A DNA stretch of 64,000 nucleotides from Bacteroidales bacterium UBA1756 (GTDB lineage: Bacteria > Bacteroidota > Bacteroidia > Bacteroidales > WCHB1-69). The translations under genes and the position numbers were made by a program. This document shows, piece by piece, positions 38,583 through 48,113 of this stretch (its first letter is position 1; every line of letters starts with the position of its first letter). The notes under the pieces are model-generated. The model saw nothing but the letters and a program-made list of their open reading frames with translations. It was not told the DNA's origin and ran no database searches. Location of the stretch: contig DCHI01000007.1 of assembly GCA_002314795.1 (NCBI GenBank), positions 5,827 to 69,826 on the forward strand. The letters run 5' to 3'.

Positions 38583-39419
38583 CTATTTTGTGTGTGTTAG
38601 TTGTTTAAACAAATCGCTTCCTAATGTTTTGAGAGAGGTTTCTGATATTTCCATCATAATATCAAACATCATTTGGGGATTCCAATTATTCCCATTTCCA
38701 GGTGTAAATATGGAGGCCGCTTGCAGCATTATTGTTTTGTCTTTCGGTTTTACATACTTGTTTTCACAAAGGTTAGTATTTATTGGCATTCCATAATTTG
38801 CTGCTGTCAATCTGTCCAATCTGTTCAATAGTCCAGAATTATACTCAAGCGTTACCACTCTTCCATCAGGGCGGGCTACGGAAATCGTTTCTGTTAAAAA
38901 GTTCGTCCCCTCAAGAAATAATACGTATGGGAAATGTGATTCTGCCAACATATAATTGGCAATTTCTGAAATGTTTTTATGTGCTCTCTCAATGGCATTT
39001 CCTGCTGCCATTAAATCTTGATCCTTGTTTTTACCAACAAGTTCTCCTTTTTTTATGTTTTCAATATCCTTTCCTTGATGTTTCGCTTCAGAAACGAGAA
39101 CAACTCTCCAATTCCCATTATCGTCTTTTACCTCAATAATTCCTCCGTCAGGGATTATACTTGAGTGGGTGACATAGAGAGTTTGGCCTAAATAGGGATC
39201 GATACTATTTAAAACTTCGTTAATCTCTTTTTTATCAATGCTTTTTCTACAGCGGAATTCCAATTGCGGATATTTTTGCTGCAACGTATCTTTAACAATG
39301 ATTGAAATTTCACCTACAGTAATATCGTGCTTTTTAGCTTCTTCTCCAAAAATACCGACAACACCTTTACTTTCTTTATGTTGTTTTGTTAATCTTGCTG
39401 ATTGGTTTTTCTTAGTCAT
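38583..39419 (-). CDS. Type II restriction endonuclease, EcoRI family
   Basis: From ATG 39419 (278 aa; the track start 39479 overlaps the NRPS stop). Long blocks are identical to the R.EcoRI sequence as I recall it: PDGGI.EVKDD, EAKHQGKDI, DQDLMAAGNAIER.HKNISEIAN, HFPYVLFLEG.NFLTE, RPDGRVV.LEYNSG.LNRLDRLTAANYGMPIN.NLC. Confidence 0.9.
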   Translation of the reverse strand: MTKKNQSARLTKQHKESKGVVGIFGEEAKKHDITVGEISIIVKDTLQQKYPQLEFRCRKSIDKKEINEVLNSIDPYLGQTLYVTHSSIIPDGGIIEVKDDNGNWRVVLVSEAKHQGKDIENIKKGELVGKNKDQDLMAAGNAIERAHKNISEIANYMLAESHFPYVLFLEGTNFLTETISVARPDGRVVTLEYNSGLLNRLDRLTAANYGMPINTNLCENKYVKPKDKTIMLQAASIFTPGNGNNWNPQMMFDIMMEISETSLKTLGSDLFKQLTHTK

Positions 39420-39471
39420 AAAGCGATTGTTTATAATCAAAAGAGATACTCTCTTCCCGCATTTCCTTTCC

Positions 39472-42400
39472 TTACTCAAAAAATCTCAAACTATCAATCT
39501 GCTTGAGGAATTTGTCAATGTAGTCCCACGACGTTTGGCTCCATCTGAAACCGAGGCGCAGCAACATCTGCAAAGTGTAACGATTGTCCGCGCCAATCAT
39601 CTGCACGTAGTCGCTCTCCTTCTTGCCTTCGTACGCTAACATAGCCGATAGCTTTTCCTGCTTGCTTTCGTCGGCTTTCGCTTGGTTCAGAATATCCACA
39701 AAATCAGCATCTTCCACCAAATGAATGGTCTTGCCAATCGTTCCCATCTCGTGCAAAACATCACCCAACATTTGATGGTGACTGTTGTACGGATGGAAAA
39801 CGGTGCAGCACGCCGGCGTCTGCGCTAACAGACAGATGGCTTCGGACGTTTCGTCAATCGGCGAAAATTCAACCGGTGACTGATACGCGGAGTAGGGCAA
39901 CGCTCCCAACATCTGGTAGATACGCAACCGCCCCATAAAACTGTTCGTCTTGACATTAATCTGGAACTCACCGTCCTCCGAACGCGCCGAAAGGTTGCCA
40001 ACACGCATAATTTTTCCATCCAGTCCCCGATTGGCAACTGCATCCAACAAACAACGCTCGCCCATAATCTTGGAATGAATGTATTGATTGTGAATCCGTT
40101 GTCCGAGGAAAAGCATTTGTTCGGTGTAGGCAGATATGGCCGGTTCACCATTGACCGCCGCGCCCGCCACCGAATAGGTACTAATCTGGATAAGACGTGC
40201 TTTCTGACTGATACAGAAATCGATACAGTTTTTGACGCCGCCCACGTTCACATCCTCGATTTCGGTTCCTTGTGAAAAATGCTTCACAATAGCCGCACAG
40301 TTGATAACCGTATGGATGGGTGCCGTAATGTTGATGGGAGCAGTGACATCGCCTTCGATGACAAACACCCGCTTCCCAAATTCTTCAGCATAGTTCTTTT
40401 CAAAATAGTAGAAAACCATCTGACGCAGACGCTCCTCAGCCGAAATGCCTCGTTTCGAACGCAACAAACAGTAAATCTTGGAGTCAGGATATTTTTCCAT
40501 CAGACAACGGAAAACGTGAATGCCTAAAAAGCCCGTCGCACCCGTCAGTAACACATTTCCTAATGGCCGTTCTGCCAAGCGGTCGGCAACGGCTTGCGCC
40601 TGTTCCAATGTGTTTTCTTGCAACTGCTTGTTGATGGCCGTGTAGTCGAAATCGCGGATGTCCGCGTCCGGATCCGTCTGCGAATCGGTTCCCGTTCCTA
40701 CCAATTTGGCCAACTGCCGCGGTGTCGGATTCGCAAAAACGTCCGCGTAGGTGACGGAATAGCCCGCCTTTTGCGCCACAATTACCACGCGCATCACCAC
40801 CAACGAAGTTCCGCCCAACTCGAAGAAGGAGTCGGTGGCTCCCACTTTGTCAAGATTCAGAATTTCGGCAAAGGTGTTGGCAAAGAATTTTTCCGTCGGA
40901 TTGGCGGGCTCCACATAGTCGCCACCAGCTTGTGCCAACTTGGGGTCCGGAAGATGACGGAAATCGATTTTCCCGTTCGGCGTTATCGGAAACGCATCCA
41001 TTTGCAAATAAGCCGTCGGAACCATATAAGCGGTGAGTGTGTGACCGATGTTTTTTTTCATATCGTTGATATCAATCTCGTGCTCAGCAACATAGTATGC
41101 GCTGAGGTGGTCGCGTCCTTGCAAGTTGCAAATTTTCACCAACACATTTTTCACCCCTTCCACCTGCGAAATAGCACTTTCAACCTCCCCGAGTTCAATA
41201 CGAAGTCCACGCAGTTTCACCTGATTGTCGGTTCGGCCCAAGATTTCCACCTCTCCGTTCGGAAGCCAACGGGCGTAGTCACCCGTTTTAAAGGCACGCA
41301 TTCCGCGGTAGGTGATGAATTTTTCGGCTGTTTTTTCCGGCAGATTATTGTAACCTTGCGTTACGCCTTCGCCGCCCACACAAAGTTCGCCCGTCACACC
41401 GATAGGAAGTTCATTGTTGTCTTTGTCAATAATCCATTCCGTATAATTCGGAATCGGTTTTCCAACCGTCAACACTTTGGCATTCTGCAAATTAACGGAA
41501 TTACAACCGATGGAAATTTCGGTTGGTCCATAGCCGTTGAGAATCACACAATGGTTGTTGATCTTTCTTATTTTTTCTAAAAGAATTTCAGAAAATTTTT
41601 CACCACCTTGAAGAATGCATTTGAAATTCGGCATAATTGCCATAAATTCAGGAAGTTCCATATATTGCAACATTCTGGAACTGGTACAACCGAAATAATC
41701 GGCCTTCGTGCGCGTAAGCAAACTGGTCAGAAGGATGGGGTCTTTCGATTCCTCCTCATTTGAGAAAACAAACGTGCGCCCATTGAAAAGCGTCATTCCA
41801 TATTCAAAAATGGAGGCGTCAAAGGAGATGGTGGCGACGCAGCAGATACGCTCGCACTCTTCCATCATTATGCGCATCGGATGCTGCGGGCTGGAGGTCA
41901 CGAATGTGGTGATGTTGCGGTGAGCCACCCGTACGCCCTTCGGACGACCCGTACTTCCGGACGTATAAATATAGTACGCCAAGTCGTCCATCGTCACCTC
42001 GACGGCGGGCTGCTTTTCATCGGTTTCGGACAGCAAGTCAACGATGTCGATTCCCCGTTCTCCGTATTGCGCCACCAAATCATTGGTAGTCACCACGTAT
42101 GGCGCCGCCGAATCTTCGGCAATGAGTTGGATTCGTTCGGTCGGGTATTCCGGGTCGCACGGAATGAAGGCGCCACCCGCTTTCATAATACCGAAAATGC
42201 AAGCGATGGTCGTGCTTCTTCGTGGCAACAAAACAACGACGGCGTCTCCTTTTTTCAAACCCCGTTTCACCAACGCATTGCCAATACGATTTGCCAATTT
42301 ATCAAACTCACTATATGTCAATGTGTTATCTGTGGCAATAACGGCTAATTGGTCGGGAGTTGCTTTCGCCCATTTTTCCATTCCCCCGTGGAACAAACGA

Positions 42401-45400
42401 ATGGGAAGCGGTGCCGTACCGATGCAATTCATCGATTCCACCTCTGCTTTTTGTCTGTCAGAAAGAATGGAAATCGAAGATATTTTGGTCTCCGGATTAT
42501 TTATCATATTGATAATCACCTGATTCAAGGATTCCAACATCCGGTTCATCATTTCGGAAGAGTAGAGAGCGTCGTTGTACGAAGCTACTAATGAAATCTT
42601 TCCTTCTTTTTCTTCTACCAAAATCGTAACCTTGAACTTCGGTGCGGAAAGTTCCAACTCTTCCATCGTAATTTCTTGATTATCAACGATGAAATGATCA
42701 ATCACACCGACTTCGTAAACAAATACCAATTCTGGATTCAGGCTGAATTTGTTGGAAATTTTGGCAAACGGATAACTCTCGTTTTCAAGCGTTTTGTTGA
42801 AATTGGCCGCCACGTCGTGTATGTAGTCGGTAACACTTTTATCCGTTATGTGCGAAACCAAGGCCAACGTATTGACGAACATACCGACCGTATCCGCGAT
42901 TTTCACATTGCCGCGTCCGGAGGAAACGGTGCACAAGCAAACGTCTTTCGTATTTCCGTAACGAGCCGCAATATACTCAATAGCAGAAAGATAGACAGCC
43001 GCCGGTGTAACACCCAACTTCTTTGCAAAAGCTTCAACCGCAGGGTGATTGACGGGAAGAATGGCCTCCGCCGGTTTTCCTTCCTGCTCTTTTCCGTGCA
43101 AGTCCGCGGGGAAAGATGTCCCCTCATCAATAGAAGAAAGTTGCTCGTTGAAATAGGTCTCCGCCTCCGAATTGTCCGCCTTCTGTTCTTCTTTTGCATA
43201 CTCAAAGAACGTGCAACTTTCGGGGGTAATTTCTTTATTTTCAAGAATATCGCATACTTGATGCAAAAACAGACTCACCGAACTTCCGTCCATTGCCAAA
43301 TGATGACCGTCCATCAGCAGGGTGCTGCCACAAATCACGGCACGGGAAAGCGGGCCGTTCAGCAAATCAAAAGGTTGCACGAAGGTTGCTTTCACCTCTT
43401 CAATATTCTTGTCTGAAATGGTCACCGCGGCTTGCGTGTCAGGAGCGACCACTTGAACGGGCGGATCGACGGTGTTGTCGAAATGGGCCAACAGCAACGG
43501 ATGCATCATTATCACTTTTTCCACCGCGGTTTTCAGCTGTTCCGACGAAACCGAGTTCGGAAAGTTGACGAGGAAAGGAACGTTATACGCTGTTGATTCC
43601 ATATTCTTCATACATTCGTAGAAGACGCCCAATTGTGCATTTGACAAAGGTGCTGACAGCGTGGCATCGGTATTTTTCTGTTCTTCAACCGGTGATTCTT
43701 CAACCGTTTTTTTATCGGTTAAAAGATTTTCAAGTATCAGATTTTCAATAGATTGAAGAGTAGCCGACTTGGTTAGTTCCTTATTGGAAATAGAAATGCC
43801 GTAGCGTTTATAAAGTTCGGTCGCCAATTTGATGCTGCTGATGGAGGTCAGTCCGATGTAAGTCAACGGGGTGGTGATGGGGAAATGGCTGCAGTTCGTG
43901 AGCTTGCCAATCATCTCCATCAGTTCCTCTTCCAAACGATTGAGCGGTGCGGCGGGTGCGTCCGTCTCGTTCACTTCTTCCGTCTGAATTTCGGGTTTGG
44001 GCAACCGTTTTTTGTCAACCTTGCCGTTCACGTTCAACGGAATTTCATCAATCTGCATTGAGACGGCAGGAACCATATACGGCGGTTTCTGTTCTAAAAT
44101 AAAATTATTAAGTAACTTTATATCAATCTTTTTGGAAGAAACGAAATAGGCAGCGATGGCCTTTCCACCTGCTTCCAAGTCAAAGGCCTGCACCGTAACG
44201 TTTTCAATATCGGGGAAGTCGCGGATGACGGCTTCCACCTCTTTCAATTCGATACGGAACCCGCGGATTTTCACTTGTCCGTCTTTACGTCCGATGAACT
44301 CGATGGCTCCGTCTTCGCGATAGCGCACGATGTCGCCGCTGCGGTAAGCCCTTGCAAAATCGGGATTGCCGTCTGTGAACGGATTTTCAACAAAAGCGGC
44401 TGCCGTTTTTTCGGGAAGTTTCAGATATCCTTTCGCTTCTTGCGAGCTGGAAATCCACAATTCGCCTATCGCGCCCATCGGAACTCGTTGTAAATCTTTA
44501 TTAACCACATACAAACGAGAACTTTGTGAAGCAAATCCAATCGGAATGTTTTTCTCGTTCTTGCACACATCGTACGAAGCAACGTAAGCCAATGATTCCG
44601 TCGGGCCATAGCCGTTGATAAAACGGTAACGCGGCGGGTCCATACTCACCAACTTTTCACCCCCCACGAAAAGCACCTTCAATGAAGGGATGTCGGGAAA
44701 ATTGTTGGCCATTTGCGTTCCCACTTGGGTGGTCATAAAGGCGTGCGTAATTTGCTCATTGACAAAGTAATCGTGCAATGCCACCAAGTCGTAGCGAATC
44801 TCTTCACTGACAATGTGCAAAGAAGCGCCGGTCGTCATTGCGGCCCACAAATCCATCAAGTAGGCATCAAATCCGTATGAAGCGTAGGCTGCAATACGAC
44901 AATGAGCATCTATCTGTTGGTCAGCAGTATGTGCCAGCGACAGCGCCAAAATATTGCGATAGGTCAGCATAACGCCTTTCGGGGTTCCTGTCGTGCCGGA
45001 AGTGTAAAGCAGCGCAAAAACATCGTTCAGGTCAACGTTTACCTTTGAGGTTTTTTCGTTTCCTTGAATATCATTTATTGTATTGATAGTCAATGTTTCA
45101 CCAACGTACTCATCCACCATTCCACGAAAATCGTCGGGACAGATGAGGAGTTGCGCTTCTGCATCGGCAATCATAAAATTGAGACGTTCCTTCGGGTAAC
45201 TGGAGTCGAGCGGTTGGTAGGTACAGCCGGCTTTCACGATGGCAACGGGCACGACGAGCATCAGTTCGTTGCGGGGCACGATGAAACTCACCACGGGCAA
45301 TGTTCCGTTCGTACGGGAAACTTTCTGCTGGATGGATGCCGCCAAACGGTCCGTAAATTCGCCTATCTGCTTGTATGTAAATCTTTTATTTTCAAAAACG

Positions 45401-46785
45401 CAGCACTCGTTATTCGGATACTTTTCAACATTTGCATTAAAAAAGTCGATAACGGTTTTGTCAAGCGGGTAGGGCATTGGTTTTTCCGGGTTGCGTTCAT
45501 CTAACCACTGGAGTTGTTTTTCAGAAGAAGCTGCCAATTGGCCAATGGTTTCGGCAGTCGCCATCGAATTGAGAATGGCGGCGTAGGCATCGGCCATTTC
45601 TGCCACCATTTCCGTTGAGTAGAGGGCGCTTTGATAACTTATTCTCAAATTATAATCACTGGATTCCGTGGCATCGGGGGTAACCAAAAGTTGGCCGTCG
45701 AGTGTAATGCCGGGCCGCGCGATACGCAAATCCTGCCCCTTGATTTGGAGGCCGCCGGCGGTGAAATCAAAAACGGTGGTAGGCACGATGCGTCCGTGGT
45801 AGGCAAAAATGATGTCGCTACGCAGGTTCAGGTCTTGGTGAATATCGGAAAACGAGTAAACGCTTTTTTCGCGGGTAGCTTTCTGCTGTTCGACGATGGA
45901 AAGCAGCCAGTCGCTCACCTTTCTGGACGAAGGCATTTCCATAAAAACGGGCATCGTATGCACCATCATCGTCATAGCTTGGCGGGTACGTTTGTCGGTA
46001 CGGCCGGTGTAAATATTTGCAAAAAACGCTTTGTCTTCGGCGGTGAAATTGGCTAAAAGCTTTCCCCAAGCCGCTTGAAAAACGGCACCTTCTTTCACAT
46101 TGAATTTTGAACTAATGGTTTCCAGTGTGGCCAATTTAACGGGAATTTGAAAATTCGTTTCCACCAAACCGCGGTTATTGTCGGCTCTATCGATGTTGGA
46201 AGGGATGGGCATCGAGTCGGTTTCTTCTGCGTTGGCAAATTCCTTAAGATACCATTCTCGTTGGCTTTTCCACTCGTCGCTTTGTCGGAGTTCCCATTCT
46301 TCGTTGGCGATTTCGGCGCCATCGATAATTTCGCCCAAGGCCGTGCCTTCGTCGTAGGCGCGACCCATTTCCGACATCAGTACAGACCAACAGCTGCCAT
46401 CCACGATGATGTGGTGAAAATCGAGGTAGAGATAATTGACGGAGGGGGTTTTATAAATTTCCATACGGAAAAGACGATCGTGCATCAAATCCATCGTACG
46501 GCAGAAGGTGGGACGCGCCTCGTCAATACTTTTAACTTCTTGAATTTCAACAATATCGTCTGAAAACGTGCCGGGGTCCATCAGCAGAACATCGTCTTGC
46601 AAAACGATTTTAGACAAGATGTACGGATGAGCTTTGATGAACAATTCCAGGGCGTTTTTTATTCTATTAACATCAATAGAATCAGGTAATTCGTATAAAA
46701 CCGGGACTTGATAGTTGCCGTCGTTTTCTTCCAAATTCTGGCAGGCATAAAAGATGCCGAGTTGTGATTGTGAGAGTGGTGACAT
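39472..46785 (-). CDS. Non-ribosomal peptide synthetase, two modules with terminal reductase (C-A-T-C-A-T-R)
   Basis: C1 HHIIVDG (aa 124-130). A1 LYTSGTTGTPKG / NGYGPTE / GRKDGQVKIRGFRIEL / NGKVDKKRL. T1 IGLTSIS (~aa 981). C2 HHLAMDG (aa 1161-1167). A2 YTSGSTGRPKG / NGYGPTE / GRTDNQVKLRGLRIELGEVE / NGKIDFRHL. T2 LGGTSL (~aa 1994). R domain LLTGATGFLG ... YIHSK (aa ~2075-2437; nt ~39475..40563). Confidence 0.95.
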   Translation of the reverse strand: MSPLSQSQLGIFYACQNLEENDGNYQVPVLYELPDSIDVNRIKNALELFIKAHPYILSKIVLQDDVLLMDPGTFSDDIVEIQEVKSIDEARPTFCRTMDLMHDRLFRMEIYKTPSVNYLYLDFHHIIVDGSCWSVLMSEMGRAYDEGTALGEIIDGAEIANEEWELRQSDEWKSQREWYLKEFANAEETDSMPIPSNIDRADNNRGLVETNFQIPVKLATLETISSKFNVKEGAVFQAAWGKLLANFTAEDKAFFANIYTGRTDKRTRQAMTMMVHTMPVFMEMPSSRKVSDWLLSIVEQQKATREKSVYSFSDIHQDLNLRSDIIFAYHGRIVPTTVFDFTAGGLQIKGQDLRIARPGITLDGQLLVTPDATESSDYNLRISYQSALYSTEMVAEMADAYAAILNSMATAETIGQLAASSEKQLQWLDERNPEKPMPYPLDKTVIDFFNANVEKYPNNECCVFENKRFTYKQIGEFTDRLAASIQQKVSRTNGTLPVVSFIVPRNELMLVVPVAIVKAGCTYQPLDSSYPKERLNFMIADAEAQLLICPDDFRGMVDEYVGETLTINTINDIQGNEKTSKVNVDLNDVFALLYTSGTTGTPKGVMLTYRNILALSLAHTADQQIDAHCRIAAYASYGFDAYLMDLWAAMTTGASLHIVSEEIRYDLVALHDYFVNEQITHAFMTTQVGTQMANNFPDIPSLKVLFVGGEKLVSMDPPRYRFINGYGPTESLAYVASYDVCKNEKNIPIGFASQSSRLYVVNKDLQRVPMGAIGELWISSSQEAKGYLKLPEKTAAAFVENPFTDGNPDFARAYRSGDIVRYREDGAIEFIGRKDGQVKIRGFRIELKEVEAVIRDFPDIENVTVQAFDLEAGGKAIAAYFVSSKKIDIKLLNNFILEQKPPYMVPAVSMQIDEIPLNVNGKVDKKRLPKPEIQTEEVNETDAPAAPLNRLEEELMEMIGKLTNCSHFPITTPLTYIGLTSISSIKLATELYKRYGISISNKELTKSATLQSIENLILENLLTDKKTVEESPVEEQKNTDATLSAPLSNAQLGVFYECMKNMESTAYNVPFLVNFPNSVSSEQLKTAVEKVIMMHPLLLAHFDNTVDPPVQVVAPDTQAAVTISDKNIEEVKATFVQPFDLLNGPLSRAVICGSTLLMDGHHLAMDGSSVSLFLHQVCDILENKEITPESCTFFEYAKEEQKADNSEAETYFNEQLSSIDEGTSFPADLHGKEQEGKPAEAILPVNHPAVEAFAKKLGVTPAAVYLSAIEYIAARYGNTKDVCLCTVSSGRGNVKIADTVGMFVNTLALVSHITDKSVTDYIHDVAANFNKTLENESYPFAKISNKFSLNPELVFVYEVGVIDHFIVDNQEITMEELELSAPKFKVTILVEEKEGKISLVASYNDALYSSEMMNRMLESLNQVIINMINNPETKISSISILSDRQKAEVESMNCIGTAPLPIRLFHGGMEKWAKATPDQLAVIATDNTLTYSEFDKLANRIGNALVKRGLKKGDAVVVLLPRRSTTIACIFGIMKAGGAFIPCDPEYPTERIQLIAEDSAAPYVVTTNDLVAQYGERGIDIVDLLSETDEKQPAVEVTMDDLAYYIYTSGSTGRPKGVRVAHRNITTFVTSSPQHPMRIMMEECERICCVATISFDASIFEYGMTLFNGRTFVFSNEEESKDPILLTSLLTRTKADYFGCTSSRMLQYMELPEFMAIMPNFKCILQGGEKFSEILLEKIRKINNHCVILNGYGPTEISIGCNSVNLQNAKVLTVGKPIPNYTEWIIDKDNNELPIGVTGELCVGGEGVTQGYNNLPEKTAEKFITYRGMRAFKTGDYARWLPNGEVEILGRTDNQVKLRGLRIELGEVESAISQVEGVKNVLVKICNLQGRDHLSAYYVAEHEIDINDMKKNIGHTLTAYMVPTAYLQMDAFPITPNGKIDFRHLPDPKLAQAGGDYVEPANPTEKFFANTFAEILNLDKVGATDSFFELGGTSLVVMRVVIVAQKAGYSVTYADVFANPTPRQLAKLVGTGTDSQTDPDADIRDFDYTAINKQLQENTLEQAQAVADRLAERPLGNVLLTGATGFLGIHVFRCLMEKYPDSKIYCLLRSKRGISAEERLRQMVFYYFEKNYAEEFGKRVFVIEGDVTAPINITAPIHTVINCAAIVKHFSQGTEIEDVNVGGVKNCIDFCISQKARLIQISTYSVAGAAVNGEPAISAYTEQMLFLGQRIHNQYIHSKIMGERCLLDAVANRGLDGKIMRVGNLSARSEDGEFQINVKTNSFMGRLRIYQMLGALPYSAYQSPVEFSPIDETSEAICLLAQTPACCTVFHPYNSHHQMLGDVLHEMGTIGKTIHLVEDADFVDILNQAKADESKQEKLSAMLAYEGKKESDYVQMIGADNRYTLQMLLRLGFRWSQTSWDYIDKFLKQIDSLRFFE

Positions 46786-46791
46786 TATATT

Positions 46792-47811
46792 TTACTTGTT
46801 TTTGTTTATTTTATTGAGGTCCGTATCTAATTGCTTAATGCTTTCAAAATGTTCAATTTCCCGTTCTGCGGTTTTGTATTTATTATACTCAATCATTGCC
46901 TTTTCCATTGCCATTTGATGTGATATTTTTCCGGCATCTTCCAAAATCGATTTTTTGTTCATAGATAGAACCATTTTCAATCGTTCAATCCAATCATTCA
47001 TATACATTGGAGTATGTGATAAAGCTTGTGCTTCAGCAAATGCAAGAAATTGTTCAACAATAAGTTTTAAGGCACCTATTTCTTCTTCATTAAGATAGTT
47101 CTTGCCCACGGCAATATCTGATTTAGCGACCTTTCCGATATTTTCAGTTGAAGTCAAGCCCATCATTGGCAATGAAGCATTTGCTCTATAATAGACCAAT
47201 TCTGCGGCTGTTTTGCCACTCACTGCCCATAGCAGTTTGTTTTGAATCTCCTTAAAAAACTGTAATGTGATTTCATCTGACGGATTATAGTCAATGCTCG
47301 TGGCGTAAATATCCTTTATTTGTTGATAGAAAACTTTTTCCGACAATCTTATATCTCGAATACGTTCAAGTAACTCCTTGAAATAATTCATTGAGTTGCC
47401 CTTTTTGAAACGTTCATCATTCAATGCCACACCTTTGATGATATATTCTCGTAGCCGTTGTGTCGCCCAAATTCTGAATTGCGTTCCCTGATGAGATTTA
47501 ACTCGGTAACCAACTGATATGATGACATCCAGGTTGTAATAATTAGTTGGTTTTGTAGAAAAATCGGGAATTCCGATTTTTCTCATTGTCATCGATTCCA
47601 CAAGCTCTTTTTCTTGGTAAATATGTAGTATATGCTCATTGATTGTTGACCGAGATTTCCCAAACAACAAACACATTTGGTCAATACTCAGCCATACAGT
47701 TTCATTTTCAAAAAGCACATCAACTTTGATTGTACCATCCTGAGATTGGTATAATAAAAACTCATCGTTGGAAGTAAGCCCAAAAGTTGTTGTATTTTTT
47801 TCGTTATCCAT
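46792..47811 (-). CDS. RhuM family protein (virulence/defence-island associated, function unknown)
   Basis: 339 aa. The pattern VWLSIDQMCLLFGKSRSTINEHI ... YYNLDVIISVGYRVKSHQGTQFRIWATQRLREYIIKG is typical of RhuM-family proteins. The stop lies 6 bp before the NRPS ATG. Confidence 0.8.
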   Translation of the reverse strand: MDNEKNTTTFGLTSNDEFLLYQSQDGTIKVDVLFENETVWLSIDQMCLLFGKSRSTINEHILHIYQEKELVESMTMRKIGIPDFSTKPTNYYNLDVIISVGYRVKSHQGTQFRIWATQRLREYIIKGVALNDERFKKGNSMNYFKELLERIRDIRLSEKVFYQQIKDIYATSIDYNPSDEITLQFFKEIQNKLLWAVSGKTAAELVYYRANASLPMMGLTSTENIGKVAKSDIAVGKNYLNEEEIGALKLIVEQFLAFAEAQALSHTPMYMNDWIERLKMVLSMNKKSILEDAGKISHQMAMEKAMIEYNKYKTAEREIEHFESIKQLDTDLNKINKNK

Positions 47812-47959
47812 TCGTCAATAGCTTAAATTTATAGCACTTCTCTGAATTGTTTATGTTTTTTTTTCATTAGATAGATAATTACAAAATTCTCATCAAATCT
47901 TCAAATAAAAAATACAAAGTTGGAATTCAAAGTTAAAAAGACATCATTTTTAAAAGGCG

Positions 47960-47967
47960 CAAAAGTA
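47960..47967 (-). promoter_or_regulatory. -7 promoter box (TACTTTTG on minus strand), candidate promoter of the RhuM-NRPS-RM block
   Basis: CAAAAGTA on the plus strand, ~150 nt upstream of the RhuM ATG. It is the only TAnnTTTG match between gdhA and RhuM on this strand. Confidence 0.35.
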
Positions 47968-48058
47968 CGCAAATTTCGCCATAAAATTTGTTAAAAAAGA
48001 GGGTGATTTTTCTTTTAAAATAATAATGAAAACGGGTACGCAATTCAAAAAATAATCA

Positions 48059-48066
48059 TACTTTTG
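48059..48066 (+). promoter_or_regulatory. -7 promoter box TACTTTTG
   Basis: 48 nt upstream of the gdhA ATG. Confidence 0.5.
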
Positions 48067-48113
48067 CCGCCCGTTAATGAACACTAATTCTAACAACTTA
48101 AAAAAGTTATATT

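Noticed and set aside
40594-43416. Long plus-strand ORFs inside the NRPS gene (40594..41580, 328 aa; 42676..43416, 246 aa). Similar antisense ORFs occur in the C25 gene (25674..26822), EF-G (13069..13932), the FISUMP gene (32529..33419) and the bcd/etf genes.
   Set aside because: They are antisense to genes with unambiguous motif support. They are rich in Arg/Gly/Val, as expected for the reverse frames of GC-biased codons, and carry no motifs.
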